NCBI RefSeq assembly: GCF_009914755.1
Contig: NC_060932.1
Length of the DNA: 64,000 nucleotides
Direction: 5' to 3' (one strand)
Source: the human T2T-CHM13v2.0 reference genome, Homo sapiens
Below, piece by piece: positions 15,655 to 30,170 of the stretch. Numbering within the stretch: the first letter of the stretch is position 1; each line of letters begins with the position of its first letter. The notes beneath the pieces were generated by a model, which was not told the DNA's origin, searched no databases, and saw only the letters and a list, made by a program, of their open reading frames with translations. A program made the position numbers and the translations under genes.

Positions 15655-16735
15655 AATGCCCACATCGAAAAGTTAGATCTCAGTTTAACAACTTAAGATC
15701 ACAAAAAAGAACTAGAGAACCAAGAGCAAACCAACCCCAAAACTAGAAGAAGAAAAGAACTAACCAAAACCAGGATGAATTGAAGGAGAGTGAGATGGGA
15801 AAAACCATTCCTGCCTGTTGCTAAACCAAAACCAAGAGTTGTTTTTTTAAAAAAAAATTAATAAAATAGACCACTACCCAGATTAATAAAGAAGAGAGAA
15901 GACCTAAGTAAACACAACTAGAAATGAAAAGGGGGATGTTACCACCAACCCCACAGAAATACAAATAACTATCAGAGAATCTTAGGAACACCTCTATGCA
16001 CATAAACCAGAAAATCTAGAAGTTATGGATAAATTCCTGGGCATATAAACCCTCCCAAGACTGAGCCAGGAAGAAACTGAAGCCCTGAAGTGACCAATAA
16101 TGAGCTCTGAAATTGAATCCGTAATAAATAGCCTACCAACCCAATAAAGCCCAGCACCACATGGATTCACAGCCAAATTCTACCAGACGTATACAGATGA
16201 GCTGGTACCATTCTTACTAAAACTATTCCAATAAACTGAAAAGGAGGGACTCCTCTCTAACTCATTCTATGAAGCCAGAATTATTCTGATACCAAAACCT
16301 GGCAGAGACACAACAAAAATAGAAAATGTCAGGCCAATATTATTGATGAACATAGATGCAAAAATCCTCAACAAAATATTAGCAAACCAAACCCAGCAGT
16401 GGCACATCAAAAAGCTAATCCACCATGATCAAGTAGGCTTTATTCCTGGGATGCAAGGCTGGGTCAACATATGCAAATCAATAAATGTGATTCATCACAT
16501 AAACAGAACTAAAAACAAAAACCACAGGATCATCTTGACAGATGCAGAAAAGGCTTTCAATAAAATTCAACATCTCTTCATGTTAAAACACCTCAATGAA
16601 CTAGGCATTGAAGGAATGTACCTCACAATAATACATAAAATAATAAGACAGTGTAGCAATTCCTCAACACCTACAAACAGAAGTACCATACAACCCAGCA
16701 ATCCCATTACTGGCTATATACCCAAAGGAATATAA

Positions 16736-17039
<304 letters not shown>

Positions 17040-20000
17040 AAATTGTTCTTTTATAAAGACACATATACATGTACGTCTAATGCAGCACTATTCACAATAG
17101 CCAAGACATGGAATCAACCTAAATGCCCATCGATGTTAGACTGGATAAAGAAAATGTGGTACATGCACACCATGGAATATTATGCAGCCAAAAAAAAAAA
17201 AGAATGAGATCATGTTCTTTGCAGGAACATGGATGGAGCTGGAGGCCATTATCTTTAGCAAAATAACACAGGAATAGAAAACTAAATACTGCATCTTTTA
17301 GCTCCCACTTATAAGGGAAGCTAAAAGATGAGAACACAAGGACACACAGAGGGCAACAACAGACACTGGGGCCTACCAGAGGGTGGAGGGTAAAAGTGGG
17401 GAGGGGATTGGGAAAAATAACTAATCAGTACTAGGATTAATACCTGGCTGACAAAGTAATCTGTATGATAAACTGTGTGACACGAGGTTACCTAGATAAC
17501 AAATCTGCCCATGTACCCCTGAGCTTAAAAAGTTTTTTTAAAAAAAAATCACTGAAAGATTCCAATTCACCTAATGAAATTAATATAACTTTAACACCAT
17601 GTCTAATAAAGTTAACATAAAAAAGTCTAGATTAATCTCACAAATAGTTGCAAAAATTCTACAAATATAACTCAATATTTTAAAAGAATATTGTATATTA
17701 TTAATTGGCTCAATATTATCATAACTATTAATATAATCTACTATAATGATAAAGGAGAAAAAGGATCATATCAATAGATGCTAAAAGGGTCTTTGATTAA
17801 ATTTAGGAGCTACTCATAAAACTCTAAGCAAAAGATAAAAATATTAAAGACATGTTATTAAAACTCAACAATAAAAACAATCCCAAATAATGACACACTT
17901 TTAATTGATAAATTAAAATCTAAAACAAAATAGGAATATTGTCTACTGCCCTGTTATTAAACATGATCTTTGAGCTTCTTGTGACTGAAGGAAAAAATTG
18001 TATGCGGGGAAAGGTAAAATTATTCTTTTGCTGATTACATTATTATACACTTATAAAATCCAAAATTCTAATAAAAAACCTGTTCAATCAATAATAAGGT
18101 TGCAGACTGTATGTTAAACAATAATCAAGAATATCTTCTATGCTCACAATATAAATTTTAAATTGTAAGTGGCAAGAAAAACCCCAAAAAGTCATTCAAC
18201 ATAAGGCCCAAAACTATAAAATACTTATGAATTGGTTTAATATGGAAGACCTATCTGAAAAAGATTGAGATCTTATTGAAGGGTATAAAAGAAGTCCTGA
18301 AACACAATATCAAAAAAAAAGCACTTTCACAAAATTTCACAAAAATTTATTCTGTTTTCCTCTGTGAATATCCAGCTGACACAGCAGCATTTAATGAGAT
18401 TTAATCAGTGATGGCAGAAGTCAGGACAGTGGTCATCCTTAGGATGTGGGACAAGGGAGGCCGGTCTGTTTAAAGTCAACAGCCAACAAGAGATTTGGGG
18501 AAAAAAATCATAAAAAAGGTAACAGGAAAACACACTGATTTCCTTGATGTGTAAAGGGACTTATTAATTTAAAAGGACAATTGTGTTGGTAAAATAGGCA
18601 AAGTATATGATATGAGCAGTTAATTCACAGAGGTGAGAAGAAAAACAGTCAAGACATGAAAATATGTTTAAAGTTACTAGGTCCTTGCTTTACATCTAAG
18701 TGAGCAAAAAAGTTACAAGAATAACTTTGTATCTATTAAAATGGAAAAATTAAAAGAGCTATTAAAACTGCCATCCAATGAGTGCGAAAATAGTACTCTC
18801 ACACACTGCCAGTGACAATATGAAGTTTCCTAGCTTTTCTGAAAAGCAATCCAACAGCTTCTTTTAAAATTACAACTATTTGAAACGAACCCTGCAGTTC
18901 CATCCTTGGAAATCTCTTCCACAAGGAGAAAAAGCAGTAGTACATAGATTATATATAAAGGAGTATTTATTATGTCATTGTCTTGGGGCAGAAATCTAAA
19001 AGCAAAGTAATTGCCCTTCACAGAATCCCATCTGGCCCCCAGGGAGGAAGGGGCAAAGAAAGGCGGGGCTTGAAAAAATTTCTACCAGGTTCACAGAGTG
19101 AAATAACCAAGTAGGACAGTGTGCCTGATGATGACCCCTTTTCTGAATAACAAAACAGGAATATGAGGAAAAACACAGAAGATTACTAAATCACTTACAT
19201 GTTAAGTATGGGCAGGGGGTGGGGGGTTACAGAGAAGGCTGAAGAGAAAAGAATGGTAGAGGCAGGAGCTGAGCAGAGTGGGAATGGAAACCAGAGTACA
19301 CTTGGAAAAAAGCAGGTCAGACACGGTTTGGCACATTTATATATGTATAGGAAATTATATGTACAGGTCAAGGTATGAATAAATTAAGTAAAAAGTTCAA
19401 ATCACTACACTATGTTAAGTGGAAAAGAAATGTTACTAGTGCAAGGCCTGAGAAGAAGCCCCTAGAATCATGTTCCCTGAACACTCATCTAAATGGGAGC
19501 ATGCCCTTCTCAGTACACCCACCCTCACACTGTTCTACTTTTCATCTCGGTACTTATTGTTGTATGACACAGATGTATTCCATATTTATTTTGTGCACTC
19601 AACTATAAGCTACATAAAGACAAAGGACTTCTGTTTTGTTCCTTATTGTATCTCAAACCTCTAGACTGCCTGGCACCAAGCAGGTTCTCAATAATACTTG
19701 TTGGAAGAATGAGGATCACACAGGAAATGGTCAGCACTTCTGCTAGGAAGATAACAAAAGAAGTGAGGTGTGGGGTAGAAGTGTGAGTTTCCATCTGATG
19801 GACATTTTTTCTTCGAGGTAAATAAGGTTAATAAGGCTTTCAAGAGAATTGTGAATGTATAATTTTTTTTTTTCCTGGAAATAACCTGAAGAGGCTGTTT
19901 CAAAGGGTAAGATGCCAGTACAAATATACCCAAATCATTCAGAACTTAATTTTAAAAATTAGTATTTAAAACTTCTCCAGATAAACAGTAACAACCCCAT

Positions 20001-20242
20001 TCAGGTCTCACTAACACATGTTAGGTTTGTATGATTCCTTTCCTTCCAAAACTAAGTAATTCCGAGGTATTTCAACAGCACCTAGACTTTCTCTTACTTG
20101 TCCCCCACTCCACTGAACAATAAATGCAGTGCAATAGGAAAATTTAATTGTAAAATGATCTTTTCCAAAAGAATGCCCCATTTCCTTAATTTGATTCTTC
20201 TTTGTGTAACGCCAAGTTCCCGAAAGGTCAGAGCAGACTTAC

Positions 20243-20320
20243 ATTGCAGCCCTTGTCCGTTAGGTAACTGATTCCTTCTTCTGGGCCGATTGCCAGTTCC
20301 ACTGAAATAATCCAGCTTGA
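20243..20320 (-). CDS. PTK2: PTK2/FAK coding exon (78 nt), SSWIISVELAIGPEEGISYLTDKGCN, FERM F3 including W266
   Basis: caaaag|TCA AGC TGG ATT...TGC AAT|gtaag; phase 0 to 0. Confidence 0.97.
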
Positions 20321-20845
20321 CTTTTGAAGGTGAAACAAGTGAGAACAGAGGTGGCAGAAGGAAAAAAGAAATACTTTAGATAAAGAGCCGTGGATATGTT
20401 AAAGGACCAAAGCAGGGGCTGGTTTGGTTTGCTATTAATCTATCTAACCAAATAAGATAAAATATTTATAACTTCATTGACCCAGGATGTGTTAAGCCTG
20501 CACAAAGTGCACTGTGCTTATTCCAGCATGCCTGATGCCAAGGGTTTCTCTGGGATGATTATCTAAATAGGTAAACTAGCCCTTAGAGAACAATTAACAA
20601 ATCACAGGGATAAAATTTTAAAAACCTAATTATGAAGCTAGGCATGCTGTTTTTAAAAAGGTGATTTTATTCTCACATTAATTATTTTCTTTTTCTATTT
20701 TTCACATGGTAAAATGAAAAAATATCATTTTATTGAAAAAAATGGGACAAGTTAGCATTTTTTCATCAGAAATTTAGATATACAGCAAGAGACAAGAAAA
20801 AGTAAAATCAAACTAGCCCACTATTTCCCATATTCCCATACTTAC

Positions 20846-20986
20846 ACCAAGAGCACACTTGAAGCATTCCTTATCAAATCTGTAGACTGGAGACAGGATC
20901 TCAAAGAATTTCAGAATACTTTCTTCTCTATTAAGGTTGGCAAATTGTCTAAATGTTTGTTGGATCAGTTTTCTTAGTGTTTTGGC
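20846..20986 (-). CDS. PTK2: PTK2/FAK coding exon (141 nt), [47 protein letters not shown]
   Basis: Lies within ORF 20813..21073; atgcag|GCC AAA ACA...CTT GGT|gtaag; phase 0 to 0. Confidence 0.98.
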
Positions 20987-22040
20987 CTGCATGACAAAAT
21001 TACCAAAACATCTTGTAAAAATCAGCAATGAGTAAAGACCACAACAATAATGGTAAGATTTCTTTCCTACCAACTACTTACTAACACCTACATTCAAATT
21101 ACTGCCAAAAAGTATACTTGTCAAATAACTATAAATGTATTTATCAAAGCTTTATTCTTTTAATTGTGGCAAAATGCATATAACACAAAATTCACCATCT
21201 TAACCATTTTTAACTGTAAAGTTCATATATAGAGTTTTATTTCTTAAACAGAAGTTTGTACTATATGTGCACATGACTCAGAAAACACCAGGCCAAAGGT
21301 ATAAAGGTACTTGCACATTCCACTGTTAGGAGGGAAAAAAACAGTATATCTTTCTGAAGGAAAGCACAAATCAAAAACTTTAAAAAAACCACAATGCTTA
21401 TCCATAAAATAAAATTCCAGGACATTATTCTTTAGAAATGATTAGAGATACATGCAAAGATTCAGGAACAAAAAGATTCACTGCAGAACTGTTTACAGTA
21501 ATAGAGAGCCTGGTTACGTAAACTATGGTGTATCTATCTTCTCAACCAACATTCTATGCAGCCTCAAGAACTGTTTTGGAGAACTAATCTACTGGCATTA
21601 AAACCCATATTACATTGTTACATGAAAAAAGATGACAAAACAGTCAGCATGGAGTACAGATGCCTTTAAAAGGCAAAAGCACACGTGTGGGTCCTGGTGA
21701 GCACACAGCAATGTACCCATGAAGGAGATAAAGCAACGATGCTTTTGCTTTTTTCATGAAGTAAGATGATAGGTGGTCTTCCAGTCCTTTTTCGCTTATT
21801 TGAGTTTTCTACTTAAACACATGGAAATCTGCATAGCAGAGGTAAATGCTTTCCAAGCAGCAAACCCCCAGTCCTTGGTGTGTGAAGCAGTCTGAGAAGG
21901 CCATGGATAAAGGGAATGTGATGAGGTCTAATGAAGAGGGGCAAGAGAATGTAGGCCATAGTTAACAAGTTGGCTTTGACTCTGATGAGATGCCAAGCCC
22001 TCAGGAGACTTTGAGAAGAGGAGTGACTTTATCTGACTTT

Positions 22041-22421
<381 letters not shown>

Positions 22422-24329
22422 TGAACAGTATGAAAGGAGCAGGAGAGACCAAGTCAGGGCAACCCAAATAATCCAGGCAGGAGGAGACAGATGGCACAAG
22501 TACAGAACCAGAAAGAGGGTGAGAAGTAGTCAAGTAGTCAGACCCTACCTTTCTTTCTTCTTCTTTTTTTTTTTTTTCCAGAGTAACTGGACTCCAATGG
22601 ATTTACTTTAAACATAGAACCAACAGGATATGCTAATAATTAAGAGTTGCCATTAAACTGAAATGGCAGAAATTGTGAGAGGAGCAGTTTGGTGGGTAAA
22701 GGTCAGAAAGAATGCCAGAAGAATACCAGAAATCCAAGTGGAGCTGTCAAGCAGGCCAGTAAGGGCCCAGTGGAGTTCAAGGGGAGGTCCTGGCTGGCCC
22801 AGCAGACAGGGAAGATGGATTAGGTGACCTGCTAATCTCAGTGGGTCAGGGACATGGGGAGCAGCCAGGGGCCCAGGTTGAGGTGTGGCTGCTAAGTCAG
22901 GTACACCGTAAACTAGGAGGGCATGGCATACTTTGGTGGGGTCATGGAGGTAATAGCCTGTCTGTAGTGGCTTGAAGGTCCTAGTAGGATCCAAGGATTA
23001 CTGGATCTGGGATACTACAGAAAGTGAGCTGGAAAGACAGGAGCTATGGTCAGAGAGAAGGATACACACAATTAGGGAGGGGGTTCGATTACTGGAAATG
23101 AATAAGACCAGAGTGAGAGGCTGAGGTAAGGCAGAGGACAAGATTCCTGAAGACAGGAATTCAATGAGCCAAGATAGTGGAACATGGGAGGATTACCTAA
23201 GGCATGTGACTTTTATTTTAAAAAGCTCGCTCTGCTCTTGCACACAGAGGGTTGGGGGAGTGTGTAGGAGTGAAAGCAGAAAGACCAGTCAGGTCACTGT
23301 AACAGATCAAGCAAGAAAACACTAGTGGCATGGACCCCAAGGTAGTGGTGAAGAAGAGAAATGGGCACTTTTGGGACATTTGGATGATCATATGCAAGAC
23401 AACTGGAAAGTAAAGAATCCAGGAAAAGTAGAGTTTTAGATGGAACAAACAGGCAAACATAAGAGGCAGGCTTGGTGAAAAAAATAAAGTCATGTTAACC
23501 CTGTACATGTGTTTGACCTTGAAGTCTTCCAACATGAACCATCAAGGAGACATTTGGATCTAAGTCTGGAGCTCAGGAGAGGGCAGCACTGTTGCTAGAA
23601 ATTTCAGAGCCACCAGCTGAAGTATTTAAATACATGGGACTAGATGGCACCTGCAAATAAAATGAAGACAAAAGAGAAGGCCAAAGCTAAGTAAGCTGAC
23701 CAATAGTTGGTTTTAACCAGGGCTGAGGTTTTGACAGGTGAGTATGACAGAGTGGAATAAGAGAATTATAGCTGTTTTGAAAAGGATTAATTACAGCTTC
23801 ACAGAACTTAAACTGAAGAGCAATAAAATGGGTTCAAGGTTAGCAAGGCTTGACTATAAAATGTATCATATGGAAAGTGAGGTGGTCAGCCTCAGATGCT
23901 CTATAAACAAAAGTCCGAAAAGCATATTCTTGGTTTGACTCCAGGCTTTCTAAACATTCTCTGCTTATGATCACCTATGTAGGACAGACTCTACAACAGA
24001 GCATGCAGATTGGACATGGAGATTTGAGTACTGCTTGTAGCCACCTACATGATGTTTTTCTCCTTATAAATTAACAATATAGTACCTTGGGACTTTGCTG
24101 AATATAAAGCAGTCTCTAAGAAGCAGGCCCGCTACACTCTGGACCTAGAACAAATCCACTAAGGAAATTCTACTCTGTGCTTGGCACTTGGCATACACTG
24201 CATAATCAGAACAGGTATCTATTCTCAATAAATTCAGAGTACAGCTGGAAAAAGAGCATTCTGATCTTCATTCATGGCTACAGGAGGAACAGTATAATTC
24301 TGTGCATATAGTGCTATTAGGCGCTGATT

Positions 24330-24366
<37 letters not shown>
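24330..24366. repeat. (CA)n microsatellite
   Basis: cacaca... with one interruption. Confidence 0.95.
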
Positions 24367-26915
24367 TACCAAAAAATGATACCAGAAAAGACATCTGTAG
24401 GCCCTTCCGTGGAAATAAACAAAGTCTTCACAATGACCCTTGCAAGGGAGATACTATTTTTCATATATTACTGAGCAAACAGAGACTGAAACATTAGGTA
24501 ACAACGAGGGGGTACAAGAATTGTGATTCTAATCCAGAACTACTTGATTTCTTTTTACTTGCTATGAGACCAATTCAAACACCTCCTTTTCTAAGATGCT
24601 CTGCTTGATAGAAGAAACCAGGAAGAAACAACCACCACATCCCTATGGGTCTCATACTGCTTTGAATGTATTTTTAGACATGGCACTTATATAAGATCCA
24701 CGTTGGTGATAAGGGAGCATGCACTGCCTTGTTACCCCAAAGAAAAGAGTATAGCCCGCAGCTGAAACTCAATGATGTGCTTTTACAATGAATAATTACA
24801 TGTCTCTGCCATAACAACTTGGATTCTGGCAAACTCTCAAACAGATAATATGGATGAATAAAATCTAGTTCTATCCTGTGATAAATTAGGTTTCACTTTC
24901 TAGTAAGTAAGTGGGAAGACAGTTCAGATTTCTTTAGTTTCAAACTTCTATCATAGAACATGCTGCCTCAATGTACAAATGCTCTGAGTGTAAGAAATGT
25001 CTCCCATCTACAAGTATTAATAGAAAATAAGTCCAGCAAAAGCCCTGGAATATAAAAAAATCTCTTTAAGTGTATGATACAATAAATTGGAATATGGTAG
25101 CAGTTGCAAGGAACAGTTGTCAACTGAACACAGGGACCAGAACACAATGACAAAACATTTCTATTAACATTAACCAAATGTTGGTATATTCATTCATGAC
25201 TCTAAGAGGAATATTTCAACTCAGGTAAATACTGACATGCAGTGATCAAAAATTATGTAAAATAGGTACAGAAAAAAAGTCAATTCTCTACTTTGTACCT
25301 AATTCCCAACCAGCTGCTGGTTTATATATAAATTATTGGCAATATTATAATATACTGACACCTGCTCATTTGTTCAATGCTTTTTAAAATTAACCTAAAA
25401 CATTCTATGAAATAACGGAGATAGAAGTCGAGGAAACAGAATCTGCTCGAGGTTAAAATGCATATATATATATATATACACACCTGCCTACCTGACAGTT
25501 CCACTGCAGTTTCTCACAGACATCTAAAACCTGCCACTAAGAGCACTGAGATTTCAGCCGTGGTGGCTTATTGGCCCTACCCGACTGGACCCTAACATAT
25601 ACATCTAACTTGGTTGCAACTCTATCACTCTGAACTTACTCTTTCCTATACCCCTTCCCTTTGACCCCCATAGTCTCCAGGCACTTCTAGTTCACTACTT
25701 ACACAGCTGAATGCATCACGGGCAGTCCCACCCAGTTCAGATTCTGCTTCAATATTGTCTCTTGACTAGTAGCACTAGACAGCACTTAAGTGTATGGGAC
25801 AGAAATCTGAGGCCAGGCCCTATATTTTCTTCTTCCTCCTCCCACATTAGACCAGTAGCTAAGTCCTGTTAGACTTTACGCCCATAACATTCTTCAAATG
25901 TAACCCAACAACTCTCTACCCTCTGCCTCCTTTAAATTCAAGCCCTCCTTGTTTCTCTTGGCCTCTTATTTCTCAGCATCTGATGACTAAGAAACTTAAA
26001 AAGAAGTTGTGTGCTGTTCTTCTACAACAGGGATTGAAGCCATCAACCCTTTGCTAAATAAAGTGAGTCAATTTGGTTTGATCCTCATTTTCTCATCCCA
26101 AACTCTTAGACATGGAATGTGTGTGGTGGTAAAGAACTCAACTGCTCTCCCCGATAATTTAATCTGCTGGAAAATTTCCAAGTAACTGGGGCAAATGTGT
26201 TTGAAAGTAATAACTATGCAATGTTAAGAGACAATCTGGACTCCAATTTTACTGTATTTGTCTCATTCAGCTGAATGTGGGAAAACATGCTGCTTTTTCT
26301 GTAGGCGGTGTTACCTTGCTCATCCTACACATTAACAAGCTGAGACCCAAGAAGTGAGAGCAACAAACAACACAACAAACCAGTAAGCTCAAGCAGCTGG
26401 AGTAAAGGAAAACGATATCATTCAGAGTTAGTTTCCTATGGACACAGAAACAACTCTCTCATTCTCCACCAACTAAAACTGTTGGCGCCTTTGGCAGGAA
26501 TATACCCAAGTTCTTATGGTCTGTACTTAAATGCGACTGCCAATGAGGACTGTGAGTTCCAAACCTATGGTGTTCAGTGCTGGACAGAAACTAGAAAATC
26601 TCTGCTGTCTGAAACTCCAAAATCAGTTTTTACGAAAAGGATATCTTAGAAAGCATTAGTTCTTTCCTAATTACTCAGTGGGGAACAAAATTCCACAAAA
26701 TCTGTGTAGAATCTCTGGATATTAATCAATACACTTGCAGAACTTGTTTAAGTAAACAAGACTGTTCTCATTGCATTTCAAGTTTGAACACCTGCTTGTG
26801 TTAACCTGGATTTTGGAAACAAGGCATCTACGCACACTATTTTATTTTAAACCAATTTACATATAGTGATAAATTTACTAAGAATGTGATACTTCTTCAA
26901 AATGAAGTGGTATTG

Positions 26916-26991
26916 CTAGGATGAACCATAAGAAACTGCTGCTATTCATCCATGTTGAGCTACAAAAATAACTTCCTATTAGTCAACCTAA
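26916..26991. mobile_element. MADE2-like mariner MITE
   Basis: (c)taggatgaaccataagaaact...gtcaacctaa; ~76 bp with degenerate terminal inverted repeats. Confidence 0.6.
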
Positions 26992-28588
26992 TGATTATCA
27001 GATGCTGCTAGCAACAATAGATTCCTAGGACTTCCCAGATGCAAAGGTTGTAAGGCAATGCCAAGGAAAATCTGCAATAAGAGAGTTTTTAAGGAATAAC
27101 TTCTCAACCCAAACACCAAATGCTTTAAATGCAGATACATTAACAGCGCGTGAAGAGAGCCTCTTCTTACTCCTATCTACAGGACCCACATCAGATGATA
27201 AGCTCTGTAAGCAGAGGCCAGGTTTCACTCCCCACCCAGCATCCCCAACTCAGGTCCTGGCATACAGCAGATAACAGGAATTCACTGCTGAACATCGTAC
27301 CAAGATATGCATTTCTGTGCTTGGTGAAAATATTAAGCTTAAAATAGTCATCTGCTCATCCTAGAAATGAAAATAATGACTATTTTCTCCAAGAATAAAA
27401 TCATGTGTTCCTGGTAGTATTCTAGGAAACCACATTATTACTTGAGAATCAGATACTAAAAAAACTGATAACTATTGATCTCTTAACATTTCTAGTTCTG
27501 AAATTAGGTTTCTACTGTGCATTATATTGCAATAAATTAAAATTTGCCTATTTTGACTTGCTGCCTAATTTAAGCTCAGAGTAGAGTTGTAATGCCAGTA
27601 TGGGGAGCACCCTTGGTACCCACTGGTAGGACAACATTCACTGAACTACAGAAGTGACTCCAGTTTCACTAGTTGTCCACTAATGTCCTTTCACTGCTCC
27701 GGATTCCACACTGCATTTACACATCTTGTCTCCTCAGCCTCCTCCAGCTGTTAAACAGCTTCTGGGTCTTATCTTTCATGACCTTGATATTTTTCAAGAG
27801 TAATCATCAGAATTCTGTAGAATGTCCCTCAATTTGGGTTTGACAGTTTTACTGGTACAGTGAATTTTTAAATGTGTCTTTAAAACTACTAACATCAACG
27901 AGACGGAAATTAAAATACTTGCAAATTATTCTTAGTAATTGAGGCACATATATCCCAGATTCCATTTTTGGCATAAAACATAGCTAATCCAAGTTTCACT
28001 AAAGATAATAAAACAATCTTTCAACAATTCAATGTGAATGTTAATTATAAATAATCTTCTACGAATATAAATAGAAAGGGAAAAAAAATCAGGTAAAACA
28101 AAATGATTTTTGGAGAAACAAATGTAGCCTGTTTATGGAAAAGCCAATGTTAACTGACTTAGCCATTCTATAGAGCTATTTCAGAAGAAACAAGAAACTG
28201 GTGTGAATTTCTAGCTAGCTGAAGTTTCACTGGCAATAGCTTTGAAGAAGGGACTGTCTAGACACCACCTAATTTGTATTATAGTTGTTACCCCCATGAG
28301 CATATGTTGGTACCATATTCCATAGAAGTTTCATGGCAATCAGTGCAATGTCCAAAGAATTTATGTCAAATGTGAAAAAACCTTGGGCTAAGGTTATGAA
28401 TTCCTAAGCCAAATACACACTATTGGGTACACAAAATTACAGTGATTCCCTTATTAAAAAGGGCATGTGAGAAACCAGTTCTAAGAACCGTATTTATGAG
28501 CCACTCCATAAATCTGATGAATCCATAGCTAACAGTAGCTAAAAATTAATTCTATTTACATCAAAATCAGCAGCAATTGAATTGCTCA

Positions 28589-28924
<336 letters not shown>

Positions 28925-29101
28925 TCAAGTCCCTCTAGTCATCCTTCCCTCCCATTCTTACAGAAGCCATTCCATCCAGGCCTTGATCATTGCACATCTC
29001 ATCTTCCTTAATCACCTCCCAAGTCTTCTTGGTTCTTTTTGCTTTCAATCTGTGCTCCATGTTGCTGTCAAATTTATATTCTAGAATCCAAAAAGAGATC
29101 A

Positions 29102-29145
29102 TACTGCACACTCTGCACTCTCTGCATACTCTACACACTCTGCAA
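29102..29145. repeat. Degenerate 9-bp tandem repeat (actctgcac, ~5 copies)
   Basis: actgcac actctgcac tctctgcat actctacac actctgca. Confidence 0.8.
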
Positions 29146-29288
29146 TGAGTCCCCAATCCCCCTCAACTCCTACCTCAGCATTTAAGCCCACACCAAGTGA
29201 CTGCCCACAATGATCCCATATTGACTCTACTCAACCAAAACCCCCTTTCCTGTCTGACCTCTGTTTCCTAGACAGCCTAGAAACAGAG

Positions 29289-29370
29289 AGGGCTCGCTGT
29301 TTCTAGGGTGTGAGCCCTCTCTGGCTATCAGGGCTCGCTGTTTCTAGGGTGTGAGCCCTCTCTGGCCACC
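29289..29370. repeat. Tandem duplication 2 x 41 bp embedded in overlapping inverted repeats
   Basis: agggctcgctgtttctagggtgtgagccctctctggc at 29289 and 29330. Confidence 0.95.
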
Positions 29371-29867
29371 AGGAGTTATCTGATACCCAGGTACAGCTCA
29401 AGATGGCAGGAAAAAAAGCACATGGGCATCAGCAGCAAAGGCCAGGGCAATGGAAGCCTAAACGATAGCCTGGAAACATATCTTAAGATACCTGCACAAA
29501 TTTCCTGCAGAGGAGGGTTTTTTTTAGGGGGGTGGGGATGGAGAGCAGTAGGGAAGGCATAACCAAGGAAAGAAACTTTCTAGCTTTTCAATTCTACTAT
29601 CTTCTAAAGTCTTATCCTGTCTTCACACCTTTTGTTCACATTGTACTCAGTGTTCAGAAAGTGTCTCCCCTTATTTTACTCATCATATTGCTGTTATTCA
29701 TTAAGTAGGATTTACCAAATGTTACTACGTGCCAGGTACAATGTCAAACAAAGGGTGTAGAGTGGAGACAGCAACAGATATTGTCTTTGCCCTCAACAAT
29801 CTTAAAATATAGCGGAGGAAGGCAGATAAAATACAAACAAGTAACAAACTACATAATTAAAAATTGA

Positions 29868-30170
29868 GGCCAGGCACAGTGGCTCACGCCTGTAATCCCA
29901 GCACTTTGGGAGGCCAAGGTGGGTGGATCACTTGAGCTCAGGCGTTCGAGACCAGCCCAACCAACACAGTGAAACCCCATCTCTACTAAAAATAAAAAAA
30001 TTAGCCAGGTGTGGTGGCAGGCACCTGTAGTCCCAGCTATTTGGGAGACTGAGGCAGAAGAATTGCTTGAACCGGGAGGAGGAGGTTGCAGCGAGTCGAG
30101 ATCACGCCATTGCACTCCAGCATGGGCGATGGAGCAAGACTCTGTCTCAACAAAAAAAAAAAAAAAGAGA
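29868..30170 (+). mobile_element. Alu (S-type)
   Basis: Full dimeric Alu with A tail. Confidence 0.95.

Noticed and set aside
14594-16735. Endonuclease/reverse-transcriptase ORFs as an active element
   Set aside because: Multiple stops and frameshifts, an internal duplication and a large deletion make this a dead L1.
20987-21073. In-frame upstream extension of the 141-nt exon seen in the ORF track
   Set aside because: A canonical acceptor at 20987-20988 gives the exact FAK sequence. The extension has a non-ATG start and looks like a chance open frame.
23636-23654. Second CTCF-like motif (ggactagatggcacc)
   Set aside because: Lacks the conserved CC at the 5' end of the core and lies in an L2 remnant.
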